From the NCBI GenBank assembly GCA_963667795.1, contig OY764017.1, positions 3,457,778 to 3,521,777 on the forward strand: DNA of 64,000 nt. The letters run 5' to 3'. The DNA comes from Christensenellaceae bacterium (GTDB lineage: Bacteria; Bacillota; Clostridia; Christensenellales; CAG-138). The notes below the pieces were generated by a model. It ran no database searches. It saw nothing but the letters and a program-made list of their open reading frames with translations, and had not been told where the DNA came from. A program made the translations under genes and the position numbers. This document shows positions 9,579 to 18,117 of this stretch, piece by piece (position 1 is the first letter of the stretch; each line of letters starts with the position of its first letter).

Positions 9579-10940
9579 TTATTTCTCTCTTGCCATCAAC
9601 ACCACACACTCAACATGACACGTCTGCGGGAACATGTCTACCGGCCGGACGGTGGTGAGCGAAAATCCGTGCGCGGCAAGAATCTTACAGTCGCGCGCGA
9701 GCGTAGCTGGGTTGCACGAAACATACACAACGCGGTTCACGCCGCTTTTTGCAATCGACTCCAGCGCAGCGGGATCACAGCCCTTTCGCGGGGGGTCGAG
9801 CACGATTGCATCGATTGTCTCTCCGGAGGCGACCATTTTCGGAAGTACGTCTTCAACATTGCCGCAGACAAACGAAGCGTTTGTCACACCGTTTTCGTCT
9901 GCGTTGCGCTTTGCGTCCTCAATTGCGGGCGCAACCTGCTCGATCCCGACAACGCGCTTACAATCTTCCGCAACAAAAAGCGAGATGGTACCGACGCCGC
10001 AATATGCGTCCACAATGGTTTCGTCCGGTTTTGCGGAAAGAAACTCCTTTGCAGTTTCATACAATGCCTGTGTCTGGATGCGGTTGACCTGCAAAAACGA
10101 CTGCGGGCTGACGAAAAAACGCTTATCGCCAATGGTTTCGGTCAGCGCGGGTTTGCCGGAAAGCAGGGTAAAGCGATTCCCGAAAACGACATTTGTGTCC
10201 TTCGGATTTTCATTGTGCCATACGCTGTCGAAATCTTCCAGATAGGCAAGCAGATCGTCCTTGTGCTTGAGTCCGCCGCGGGTCACGATGACCGCCATAC
10301 GCTCACCGCTCGCGGTTGTACGCGCTACAACGTGCCGGAGCTGACCTTTGCCGGTGGTTTCATCGTAAACGGGTACACCGAAATCGTTCGCCCATGCGGC
10401 AACGCGGCGTGCCGCCTCCACAATGGATGACTCCTGAATCGGACAATCGGAAAACGGGACGAGTCGGTGACTGCGCGGTGCGTAAAAGCCGAACACGGCG
10501 GCGTTGCCGAGCATGCCGAACGGGAAGCTGCCTTTGTTACGGTAACGCATCGGTTCTTCCATGCCAATGATTGGCTGTATGGGAACGGTTTGAAACCCGC
10601 CGAGTCGCGACAGTGCATCCAGAACCCATTGCTGCTTTTGCGCAAGCTGCGCGGCGTAGTCCAGATGCCAAAGCGTGCACCCGCCGCATTGCGCAAACAC
10701 CGGGCAGCCCGGTTGAACGCGGTCGGGCGATGGTGTAAGGATTTCGATTGTTTTTGCAACCGCATAGGATGGCGTAACCTTGATGACGTGCGCGCTGACC
10801 GTTTCGTTCGCGAGCGCACCGATGACGAACACGGCGTATCCGTCCACGCGGGCAACGCCCTGGCCTTCGTTTGACAGGGCGGTTACTTTGAGCGTAAGAT
10901 CCTCGTTTTTCTTAACAGGGAGGCGTGAGGAAGGCGACAT
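9579..10940 (-). CDS. rlmD: 23S rRNA m5U1939 methyltransferase RlmD (RumA)
   Basis: TRAM domain, C..CGGC Fe-S motif, DAYCGVG, LDPPRKG, YVSCNPATLARD, DMFPQT-HVE; start ATG 10940 after GAAAGGA. Confidence 0.96.
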   Translation of the reverse strand: MSPSSRLPVKKNEDLTLKVTALSNEGQGVARVDGYAVFVIGALANETVSAHVIKVTPSYAVAKTIEILTPSPDRVQPGCPVFAQCGGCTLWHLDYAAQLAQKQQWVLDALSRLGGFQTVPIQPIIGMEEPMRYRNKGSFPFGMLGNAAVFGFYAPRSHRLVPFSDCPIQESSIVEAARRVAAWANDFGVPVYDETTGKGQLRHVVARTTASGERMAVIVTRGGLKHKDDLLAYLEDFDSVWHNENPKDTNVVFGNRFTLLSGKPALTETIGDKRFFVSPQSFLQVNRIQTQALYETAKEFLSAKPDETIVDAYCGVGTISLFVAEDCKRVVGIEQVAPAIEDAKRNADENGVTNASFVCGNVEDVLPKMVASGETIDAIVLDPPRKGCDPAALESIAKSGVNRVVYVSCNPATLARDCKILAAHGFSLTTVRPVDMFPQTCHVECVVLMAREK

Positions 10941-10980
10941 AAGTTTTATCCTTTCCGCGCGAATGTAGCGCGCGACGGCA

Positions 10981-13900
10981 TTATTTGATGACAACGGAAT
11001 TCGAACCGAAGCGCTCGATCGCTTCTTCGCGGAACATACCGTCAAGGTCGACATAATATTCCTTTGGCACGCCTTTTGCAATCTTTTTTGATGCGTCGTA
11101 CAAAATGACCGGCGTTTGTCCTTGGAATCGCTTTAGAAAAGAGCAGGTACGGCGCATCGCGTCGTCGTCGAGCATTGCAAACTTGATATACACGCTGCGC
11201 CCGGCGTCCCGAAGCGGTGTGAGGTTGTCGATCAGCAGGGAATTTGCACGATCTTCACGGATGTTCAGCTTGCCCTTGACCAGCACCGGCGTGTCGTCAA
11301 AAAAGAGTTCGCCGATCTGCTGGAGTGTCCGCGGGAAAACGACGACTTCGACGCTGCCGGTCACGCCTTCAAGCGTAGCGTATCCCATGATGCCGTTGCC
11401 GGAGCGCGTCGGGCGCTGTTTGCACAGTGTAAGCATGCCGCCGACGGTGATCTGCATTTCGTCTTTGATCTCGGTCGTGCCGTCTGCTTCCATAAGATCG
11501 GCAATGGTGTACGGAAGTTTCTTGAGCTGCTTTTCAAAGTTGTCCAACGGATGGCCGGAAAGGTACAGCCCGGTAGACTCGCGTTCTTTGGCGAGGATGA
11601 TCTGATGGCTCCACTCCGGCATGTCGGGCAACGGGATATCAACGGTTTCCAGCGACTCGCCGCCAAGGTCCATATCGAACAGCGAAAGCTGGCCCGCCCC
11701 GCGCGCCTTCCGTGCGGCGGCGGATGCGTCCAGTGCGCGCTCATATACTGCCATATACTGCGCGCGTTTGCCGCCCATTGAGTCGAAACACCCGGCGTAG
11801 ATCAAGCCTTCGAGCATGCGCTTATTCAAACTGTCGACGCGGTCACAAAAGTTGAAAAAGCTGGTGAACGGCCCGCTCTCCGTGCGCTCGGCAACCATTG
11901 CTTCCATTGCGGCGGTGCCGACGTTTTTAACGGCGGACAGGCCGAAGCGGATTGCACCGTCCTCCGTGGAGAAGCGTGCACGGGAGTTGTTCACGTCCGG
12001 CGGGAGCACCGAGATGCCGTGTCGCCGGGCGGAATAGACATACTCCGCGACTTTGTCGGAGGAACTTAAAAAGCTGTTGATCAGCGCGGTTAAAAATTCA
12101 ACCGGATAGTAGTATTTCAGATACGCAGTCCGGTAGGCGAGCACGGCGTAAGCCGCTGCGTGGGACTTGTTGAACGCATAGGACGCAAAGTCCATCATTT
12201 CGTCGAATATTTGGTTTGCAACCTCTTCCGGCACGCCGTTTTTCACTGCGCCAACGACGCCGTCCGTGCCGTGAATGAAATATTCGCGCTCCTGCGCCAT
12301 GACGGCATGCTTTTTCTTTGACATAGCACGGCGCACAAGATCACTGCGGCCATAAGAATATCCCGCAAGCGTGCGGACGATCTCCATGACCTGCTCCTGA
12401 TAGACCATGCAGCCATAGGTTGTCTGCAAAATGGGCTCCAGAAGCGGATGCGCGTAGACGACACTGCCCGGATTGTGCTTACCCTTGACATAGCGCGGAA
12501 TTTGATCCATCGGGCCGGGCCGGTAGAGCGAGATGCCTGCGATGAGATCCTCAAAGCAGTCCGGCTTGAGCTTTTGCAAAAACTGCCGCATGCCGGTGGA
12601 TTCAAGCTGGAACACGCCGTCCGTATCGCCGGATGCGATCATGTTATACACCGCCGGGTCGTCGAACGGAAGTTTTTGAAAATCAGGCGGCGTCTGTCTG
12701 TTTTCTTCGATGAACGTGAGCGTATCGCGAATGACCGTGAGCGTCCGCAGGCCGAGAAAGTCCATTTTGAGCAGGCCGAGTTCTTCCAACGTGGTCATGG
12801 GGAACTGCGTCGTCACGACGGAGTCGTTCATTTGGAGCGGCACGACGTCCGTAATCGGCACGCTGGAGATCACGACACCCGCGGCGTGCGTCGAGCTGTG
12901 ACGGGGGAGACCCTCCAGCTTGAGGCACAAGTCGATGATTCTTTTTGTATCCGGGTTCGATTCGTAAGCGTTACGGAGATCGGGGGAAATTTTCAGCGCG
13001 CGTTCAAGCGTCATATTCAGCTCTGCGGGCACCATCTTGGAAAGTCGGTCGACGTCGGCATACGGCACACGAAGAACACGACCGACGTCGCGGATGACCG
13101 CGCGTGCCGCCATGGTACCAAACGTGATAATCTGGCTGACATGGCCATCACCATATTTTTCAGTGACATAGTCGATGACTTCCTGTCGCCGTTCGTAACA
13201 AAAGTCGACGTCAAAGTCCGGCATGCTGATACGTTCGGGATTCAAAAAGCGCTCGAACAGCAGGTTGTACTTCAGCGGATCGACATCTGTAATGTCGAGA
13301 CAGTATGCCGCGAGGCTGCCTGCGCCGCTGCCGCGTCCCGGGCCGACCTGGATACCTCTGGTTTTAGCAAAATGAATGAAATCCCAGACGATCAGAAAAT
13401 AATCGACAAAGCCCATCTGCTCGACAATACCGAGTTCGTACTCCAGCCGCTCGCGTACGGAGTCGTCTGCGTTTGGTAGTTTTTTCTGCAAACCTTCGTC
13501 GCAGAGTTTGCGCAGATACGCCGTGTTGCCCATGTTGTCCGGCGCTTTGAACGCGGGCATCCTGCGGATGCCGAATTCAATTTCAAGATTGCACTTTTCC
13601 GCAACTTCGGCAGTGTTTTTTAATGCCTCCGCGTCGTCCGGAAGCGCCTTTAACATCTCTTCTTCGGACTTGAGGTAGAAATGGTTGCCCTGCATCTTCA
13701 TGCGATCAGGCTCGTCCACAAAACGCTGCGTCTGGATGCAGAGCAGCACGTCCTGTGCTTCCGCGTCGTCAGAACCGACATAGTGGATATCGTTTGTTGC
13801 GACGCACTTGGCGCCGATTTCGTTTGCAATTTTTCTCAAACCCGGCAACACTTGCAACTGCTCCGGAATGCCGTGGTTTTGCAGTTCGATATAAAAATCG

Positions 13901-14403
13901 TCGCCAAACATGCCTTGCAGCCGCTTCGCGATTGCAAGCGCGGCTTCGTATCGACCGGCAAGCAGTGCCTGCGGGATATCGCCCGCCAGACACGCCGACA
14001 TACAGATAAGGCCCTCGGCATGCTTGCTTAAAAGATCGTAATCGATACGTGGACGATAGTAAAACCCATGCAAAAACGCCTCGCTGGAAAGATACATCAG
14101 ATTTTCGTAGCCTGTTTGATTTTTGCATAGCAAGATAAGGTGTCCGAGGTCGCGGTCCTGCGAACCTTCGCGATCGGTCATGGAGCGAGGCGCTATATAG
14201 GTTTCCATGCCGATGATCGGTTTGACGCCTTCTTTTTTGCAGGCCTTATAAAAATCGACCACGCCATACATCACGCCATGATCGGTGATGGCAAGCGATG
14301 TTTGACCGAGCGACTTGGCACGCCGGATTAAGTCCGGTATGCGCGCCGCTCCATCGAGCAGACTGTACTGTGTGTGTACGTGCAGATGCGTAAAATCAGC
14401 CAT
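10981..14403 (-). CDS. dnaE: DNA polymerase III alpha subunit
   Basis: HLHVHTQYSLLDG PHP domain, GPGRGSGAGS, MPDFDVD, FNKSHAAAY, OB fold. Confidence 0.98.
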   Translation of the reverse strand: MADFTHLHVHTQYSLLDGAARIPDLIRRAKSLGQTSLAITDHGVMYGVVDFYKACKKEGVKPIIGMETYIAPRSMTDREGSQDRDLGHLILLCKNQTGYENLMYLSSEAFLHGFYYRPRIDYDLLSKHAEGLICMSACLAGDIPQALLAGRYEAALAIAKRLQGMFGDDFYIELQNHGIPEQLQVLPGLRKIANEIGAKCVATNDIHYVGSDDAEAQDVLLCIQTQRFVDEPDRMKMQGNHFYLKSEEEMLKALPDDAEALKNTAEVAEKCNLEIEFGIRRMPAFKAPDNMGNTAYLRKLCDEGLQKKLPNADDSVRERLEYELGIVEQMGFVDYFLIVWDFIHFAKTRGIQVGPGRGSGAGSLAAYCLDITDVDPLKYNLLFERFLNPERISMPDFDVDFCYERRQEVIDYVTEKYGDGHVSQIITFGTMAARAVIRDVGRVLRVPYADVDRLSKMVPAELNMTLERALKISPDLRNAYESNPDTKRIIDLCLKLEGLPRHSSTHAAGVVISSVPITDVVPLQMNDSVVTTQFPMTTLEELGLLKMDFLGLRTLTVIRDTLTFIEENRQTPPDFQKLPFDDPAVYNMIASGDTDGVFQLESTGMRQFLQKLKPDCFEDLIAGISLYRPGPMDQIPRYVKGKHNPGSVVYAHPLLEPILQTTYGCMVYQEQVMEIVRTLAGYSYGRSDLVRRAMSKKKHAVMAQEREYFIHGTDGVVGAVKNGVPEEVANQIFDEMMDFASYAFNKSHAAAYAVLAYRTAYLKYYYPVEFLTALINSFLSSSDKVAEYVYSARRHGISVLPPDVNNSRARFSTEDGAIRFGLSAVKNVGTAAMEAMVAERTESGPFTSFFNFCDRVDSLNKRMLEGLIYAGCFDSMGGKRAQYMAVYERALDASAAARKARGAGQLSLFDMDLGGESLETVDIPLPDMPEWSHQIILAKERESTGLYLSGHPLDNFEKQLKKLPYTIADLMEADGTTEIKDEMQITVGGMLTLCKQRPTRSGNGIMGYATLEGVTGSVEVVVFPRTLQQIGELFFDDTPVLVKGKLNIREDRANSLLIDNLTPLRDAGRSVYIKFAMLDDDAMRRTCSFLKRFQGQTPVILYDASKKIAKGVPKEYYVDLDGMFREEAIERFGSNSVVIK

Positions 14404-15319
14404 TTCGAATCTCCCTTGCGATGCGGATCAAACGAGTTAAACGGTGGTTCATGCCGCTTTTGCCGATTTCCGCGAGATCGGCGAGTTCCTGTAATGTTGC
14501 GTCCGGATGGTTCATGCGGAGCATTGCCGCTTCATGCAGCGTGGCGGGCAATCGGTTTAGGCCCATACGCTCCTCGATGATTTCAATCGCCTGCCGCTGA
14601 AGCGTGGACGCGTTGACAGTTTTTCCGATGTTTGCGGTGTCGCAGTTATTGGTGCGATTGACGTAGTTGCGAAAATCACGCTCGGTGCGGACGTTTTCAA
14701 ACTTCAGCGCAGAACCCGACGCGCCGATGAGCGCGAGAAACCCTGATACGTCGTCACCCTTGAGATACACCACGAACCGATCTTTGCGAACCATGGTCTT
14801 CGCGTCCAGACCAAACCCTTTGATCGAACCCAGCACCTGCGCGGCGAACGCTGCGGAGCGTGCGATAATCTCTAAATGATAGCCGCGGTAGGGGTTGGCG
14901 CAGGACCCGCTGCCTAAGAAGGCACCGCGTAAAAATGCACGCCGGGATTCTTCGTCGATAAGAAGCTGTTCCGGCGCGACTTCGCCAAAACTGGTTCCGT
15001 CGTCCTTTGTACAAAGCAATCCGGTTTCGTAGAGCAGTGTTTCCGCCTGATCACCGGAAAGTGTAACCACCGTCAGCGGGCGGCGGTGTTCACGCTCGCT
15101 CAGCTCAATGACGGACTCCAATTGAAAAAGCGAGGACGCGAGCAAAAGGATGTATTTTCCGACGGCGAGCGTTTCGGTTGAATACACCACGCCGCGACCG
15201 CGGCCAACGTACAGCGCGCCGCAGGTATGTGTTAGCCCCGCAAGCTGCGCAAGCCTCTGGACGCGCGGCTTTACACGAATCTTTACCAGGTTTTCTTTTG
15301 CGCTGCTGGAAAACGACAT
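14396..15319 (-). CDS. whiA: DNA-binding protein WhiA
   Basis: MSFSS start, FLRGAFLGSGS..NP..YHLE, NRTNNCDTANIGKT, GKSGMNHRL; overlaps the dnaE start. Confidence 0.95.
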   Translation of the reverse strand: MSFSSSAKENLVKIRVKPRVQRLAQLAGLTHTCGALYVGRGRGVVYSTETLAVGKYILLLASSLFQLESVIELSEREHRRPLTVVTLSGDQAETLLYETGLLCTKDDGTSFGEVAPEQLLIDEESRRAFLRGAFLGSGSCANPYRGYHLEIIARSAAFAAQVLGSIKGFGLDAKTMVRKDRFVVYLKGDDVSGFLALIGASGSALKFENVRTERDFRNYVNRTNNCDTANIGKTVNASTLQRQAIEIIEERMGLNRLPATLHEAAMLRMNHPDATLQELADLAEIGKSGMNHRLTRLIRIAREIRNG

Positions 15320-15391
15320 CGTCCGCTCCAATCCTGCCACACGATGAAACGTGCGGCATTGTCCGCCGGCTGCCGGCGCGATCTATTATTC

Positions 15392-15420
15392 ATTATAAAC
15401 GATTTTGAAACTCGCGTCAG
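15392..15420 (-). promoter_or_regulatory. Putative sigma-A promoter for whiA-dnaE-rlmD
   Basis: CTGACG-17 bp-TATAAT on minus strand. Confidence 0.55.
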
Positions 15421-15461
15421 TGGCATTTTTATGAATTACATGTTGCGCTGTAAACAGGCGT

Positions 15462-15485
15462 AAAAAAAGCGCCGCATAACGGCGC
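15462..15485 (-). terminator. Intrinsic terminator after rapZ
   Basis: GCGCCG-TTATG-CGGCGC followed by T7 on minus strand. Confidence 0.7.
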
Positions 15486-15512
15486 GAAATAGACAAAGCA
15501 TGCTTCCAATGC

Positions 15513-16400
15513 TCAGGCGTTTTCAAAACGCGCCTTGATGTCCGCCGCCTCGGAATCGAGATCGCGATGATAGACGCGCACGCGCATGCCGCGCTTTTCA
15601 AAGCGCTTTGCAAGTTCCTCCGCCGCAGCCACAGAACGATGCCGACCACCTGTACATCCGAAACACACACGCAGGATGTGCTTGTCCTGATCCATATAGA
15701 GCGGGATCATGGCTTCTAGCATATGTTCGATGCTGTCGAAAAATTCCGGCACGAATTTTTGCGAATAGACAAACTCCTGAACGGGTTTGTCCATGCCGGA
15801 AAGCGGACGATACTCGGCATAGTAAAATGGATTCGGCATGAAGCGCATGTCGAGCACGAAATCTGCGTCGACCGGGACACCGCGTTTGTAGCCGAAGCTG
15901 CAAAACAGCAGCGTTAGGTCTTTGCTTTCGTATTCCGGCAGAACTTTGGCGATTAAGCAGGAAAAGTCGCGCGGCTTGACGTCGCTTGTGTCCAGAATAT
16001 AGTTTGCACGATTGCGCAAAGGTTGCAAAAAGACGCGCTCCCGCTTGACACCGGTCTCCGCGTCGCCTGCTTCACCGAGCGGATGGCGGCGACGCACTTC
16101 ATTGTAGCGCTTTTTTAAAACATCGTCCCGCGCGTCGAGGAACAGGATTTCATGAGGCGTGTCCAAAGAATCGAACGCCTCGGCAATGGTAGCCGAGCTG
16201 CGCGAAAGCAGGCTCTCGCGGCTGTCGATCGTTACGGCGGCTTTCTGGATTGCGGGATCCGCGTTTTTACATAGCTGCACGAATTCATTTAGCATGGAGG
16301 ACGGAAGATTATCGACACAAAAATAGCCCTGCTCTTCCAAACGGCGAAGAGCGAGCGATTTTCCCGCGCCGGACAATCCCGTTACGATTAAAAGATACAT
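15513..16400 (-). CDS. rapZ: RNase adapter RapZ (YvcJ)
   Basis: VTGLSGAGKS, FCVDNLP, SFGYKRG, DMRFMPNP, GCTGGRHRSV. Confidence 0.96.
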   Translation of the reverse strand: MYLLIVTGLSGAGKSLALRRLEEQGYFCVDNLPSSMLNEFVQLCKNADPAIQKAAVTIDSRESLLSRSSATIAEAFDSLDTPHEILFLDARDDVLKKRYNEVRRRHPLGEAGDAETGVKRERVFLQPLRNRANYILDTSDVKPRDFSCLIAKVLPEYESKDLTLLFCSFGYKRGVPVDADFVLDMRFMPNPFYYAEYRPLSGMDKPVQEFVYSQKFVPEFFDSIEHMLEAMIPLYMDQDKHILRVCFGCTGGRHRSVAAAEELAKRFEKRGMRVRVYHRDLDSEAADIKARFENA

Positions 16401-16415
16401 TTGAGAGAACCTCTT

Positions 16416-17318
16416 TTACAACTCTGACATAAGTTTTAGTTCGCGTTCCAGTTGGACGCCGGTTTCTTCGAACACACGCTGTTGAATGATGGAAACGAGC
16501 TCCAATACGTCGCGTTCCGTCGCGTTGCCGTTGTTGACGATAAAGCCCGCGTGCTTTGGGCTGACCTGTGCGTCGCCGACAGAGAACCCCTTGAGCCCGC
16601 AATTTTCAACAAGCGCACCCGCGAAACGACCCTTTGGACGCTTAAAAACGCTGCCTGCGCTCGGTAAGGTCAGCGGCTGCTTTGCCTTGCGCTGGCGTGT
16701 TGTATCGAGCATGCGCTTTTTTGCGCCGCCGTCGTCATGCTCCAACTGAAACGTTGCCGAAAGGACGATGACACCCGGCGCCGAATACTTGCTGGTACGG
16801 TTGCCAAAGTCGGATTTTTTAGTTTCGATGTCCAAAACGCGTCCGTTTTGCAGAATGCGTACACTTTTGATGATGTGACGAATTTCCGCACCATATGCGC
16901 CGGCGTTCATTGCGACCGCGCCACCAACCGTCCCCGGAATGCCGGAGAGTGACTCCATACCCATCAGCCCGCTGTTGACGCTTTCGCGCGCAAGCACGGA
17001 CAGCGCCGTTCCAGCGGCGCAGGTCACGCTTGTGTCCACAAACAGCGGCGTTGTCAGCGGCGTATCGATACGGATCACGACGCCCGGATATCCTGCGTCC
17101 GGCGCAAGGATGTTCGTTCCGTTGCCAAGCACGCAAGACGGGCAGCCGAACTGACTGCAAGCCTGTATGGCGCGGCGGATATCTTCGGCACCGTGCGGAC
17201 GCAAAACGATTGCGGCAGGACCGCCGATGTGAAAGCTGGTCAGCGTGGAAAGTGGTATATTGCATTTGACATCGAACCCCTTGAGGGCAAGGAAGACACG
17301 ATCAAGCATACTTTTCAT
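16416..17318 (-). CDS. murB: UDP-N-acetylenolpyruvoylglucosamine reductase
   Basis: IGGPA, LGNGTN, GIPGTVGGAVAMNAGAYG, KQP..PSAGSVFKRP, KHAGFIVN. Confidence 0.96.
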   Translation of the reverse strand: MKSMLDRVFLALKGFDVKCNIPLSTLTSFHIGGPAAIVLRPHGAEDIRRAIQACSQFGCPSCVLGNGTNILAPDAGYPGVVIRIDTPLTTPLFVDTSVTCAAGTALSVLARESVNSGLMGMESLSGIPGTVGGAVAMNAGAYGAEIRHIIKSVRILQNGRVLDIETKKSDFGNRTSKYSAPGVIVLSATFQLEHDDGGAKKRMLDTTRQRKAKQPLTLPSAGSVFKRPKGRFAGALVENCGLKGFSVGDAQVSPKHAGFIVNNGNATERDVLELVSIIQQRVFEETGVQLERELKLMSEL

Positions 17319-17324
17319 GATGCT

Positions 17325-17353
17325 ATCATAACAAATTGTTCATATTTAGACAA
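17325..17353 (-). promoter_or_regulatory. Sigma-A promoter for murB, probably leaderless
   Basis: TTGTCT-17 bp-TATGAT with TG extension, 6 nt before ATG; no SD. Confidence 0.6.
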
Positions 17354-17433
17354 CTGAAAAACAATCGATTTCCGAAAGCCTGACGATTTTTATAAATTTT
17401 GTTACGGTTTTATGCATCGGCCGTACACATTGT

Positions 17434-17922
17434 TTATTCACCAAGCAGTGCCATGCGGTATGCTTTTTCCAGATCGTCCAGCGAGAACCGGGCGTTTGCG
17501 GCGCTTGGCGACGGTAAAACTTCACAGGAAATGGCGGTCGATGCTTCGACAAGCCCGGTATAAAGCCGGGCGGCGGTTTTTCCGGTGCAAAGCACGCGCG
17601 CAATCTTTGTTTCTTTGATAAGACCTGCGATATCGTTCGGAACGGGATTTCTGATACTTGCGTCGCTTGCACCAATGATATCGCAGCTGTGTAACACGTC
17701 CCACAGCGCCAGTCTATGCGAAAGGATGAGCGTGGCTTTTGCTTCGATGGTTTCCGGCAATGGAGCACCGTATACGCGCGCAAGCACAGGCCAAAAGCGA
17801 TTCTGCGGGTGCGCATAATAAAACGCCGCCTCGCGTGATTTTGGCGAAGGCATCGTGCCGAGGATCAAAATTTTGCTTTCCGGTGAAGAAACCGGTGATA
17901 GTGTGTGATAAACGCGTTCCAT
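17434..17922 (-). CDS. Uracil-DNA glycosylase superfamily protein (DNA-deoxyinosine glycosylase/Mug-like)
   Basis: LILGTMPSPKS, FYYAHPQNRFW, LWDV, LPSPSAAN. Confidence 0.9.
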   Translation of the reverse strand: MERVYHTLSPVSSPESKILILGTMPSPKSREAAFYYAHPQNRFWPVLARVYGAPLPETIEAKATLILSHRLALWDVLHSCDIIGASDASIRNPVPNDIAGLIKETKIARVLCTGKTAARLYTGLVEASTAISCEVLPSPSAANARFSLDDLEKAYRMALLGE

Positions 17923-18082
17923 ATCATTAAGCGTACTCCAGTTCGCGATGTTTTTCAAATACAGATCGACAGAGAATCATTTACCGGTATCAAACAACCA
18001 AAATCCGCATAAACAAAGCAATAATTAGGATTTTCGCTGATTCTGCAACACGCTATCAGACGAAAAGTGAAGCCTGCGGCGG

Positions 18083-18111
18083 TTGATTCTACGCATGTGT
18101 TCTGTTAAGAT
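18083..18111 (+). promoter_or_regulatory. Sigma-A promoter for ABC-RNase-barstar unit, probably leaderless
   Basis: TTGATT-17 bp-TAAGAT with TG extension, 6 nt before ATG 18118; no SD. Confidence 0.55.
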
Positions 18112-18117
18112 GTGAGC

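Noticed and set aside
8793-10951. Identical 12-mer TAAGTTTTATCC at the start regions of the GNAT (8793-8804) and rlmD (10940-10951)
   Set aside because: Many chance 12-mer matches are expected in 64 kb, both sites are constrained as initiation regions, and the homology does not extend
10981-14403. Possible intein or intron in dnaE
   Set aside because: 1140 aa is normal length, motifs are contiguous, and no intein or reverse transcriptase signatures were seen
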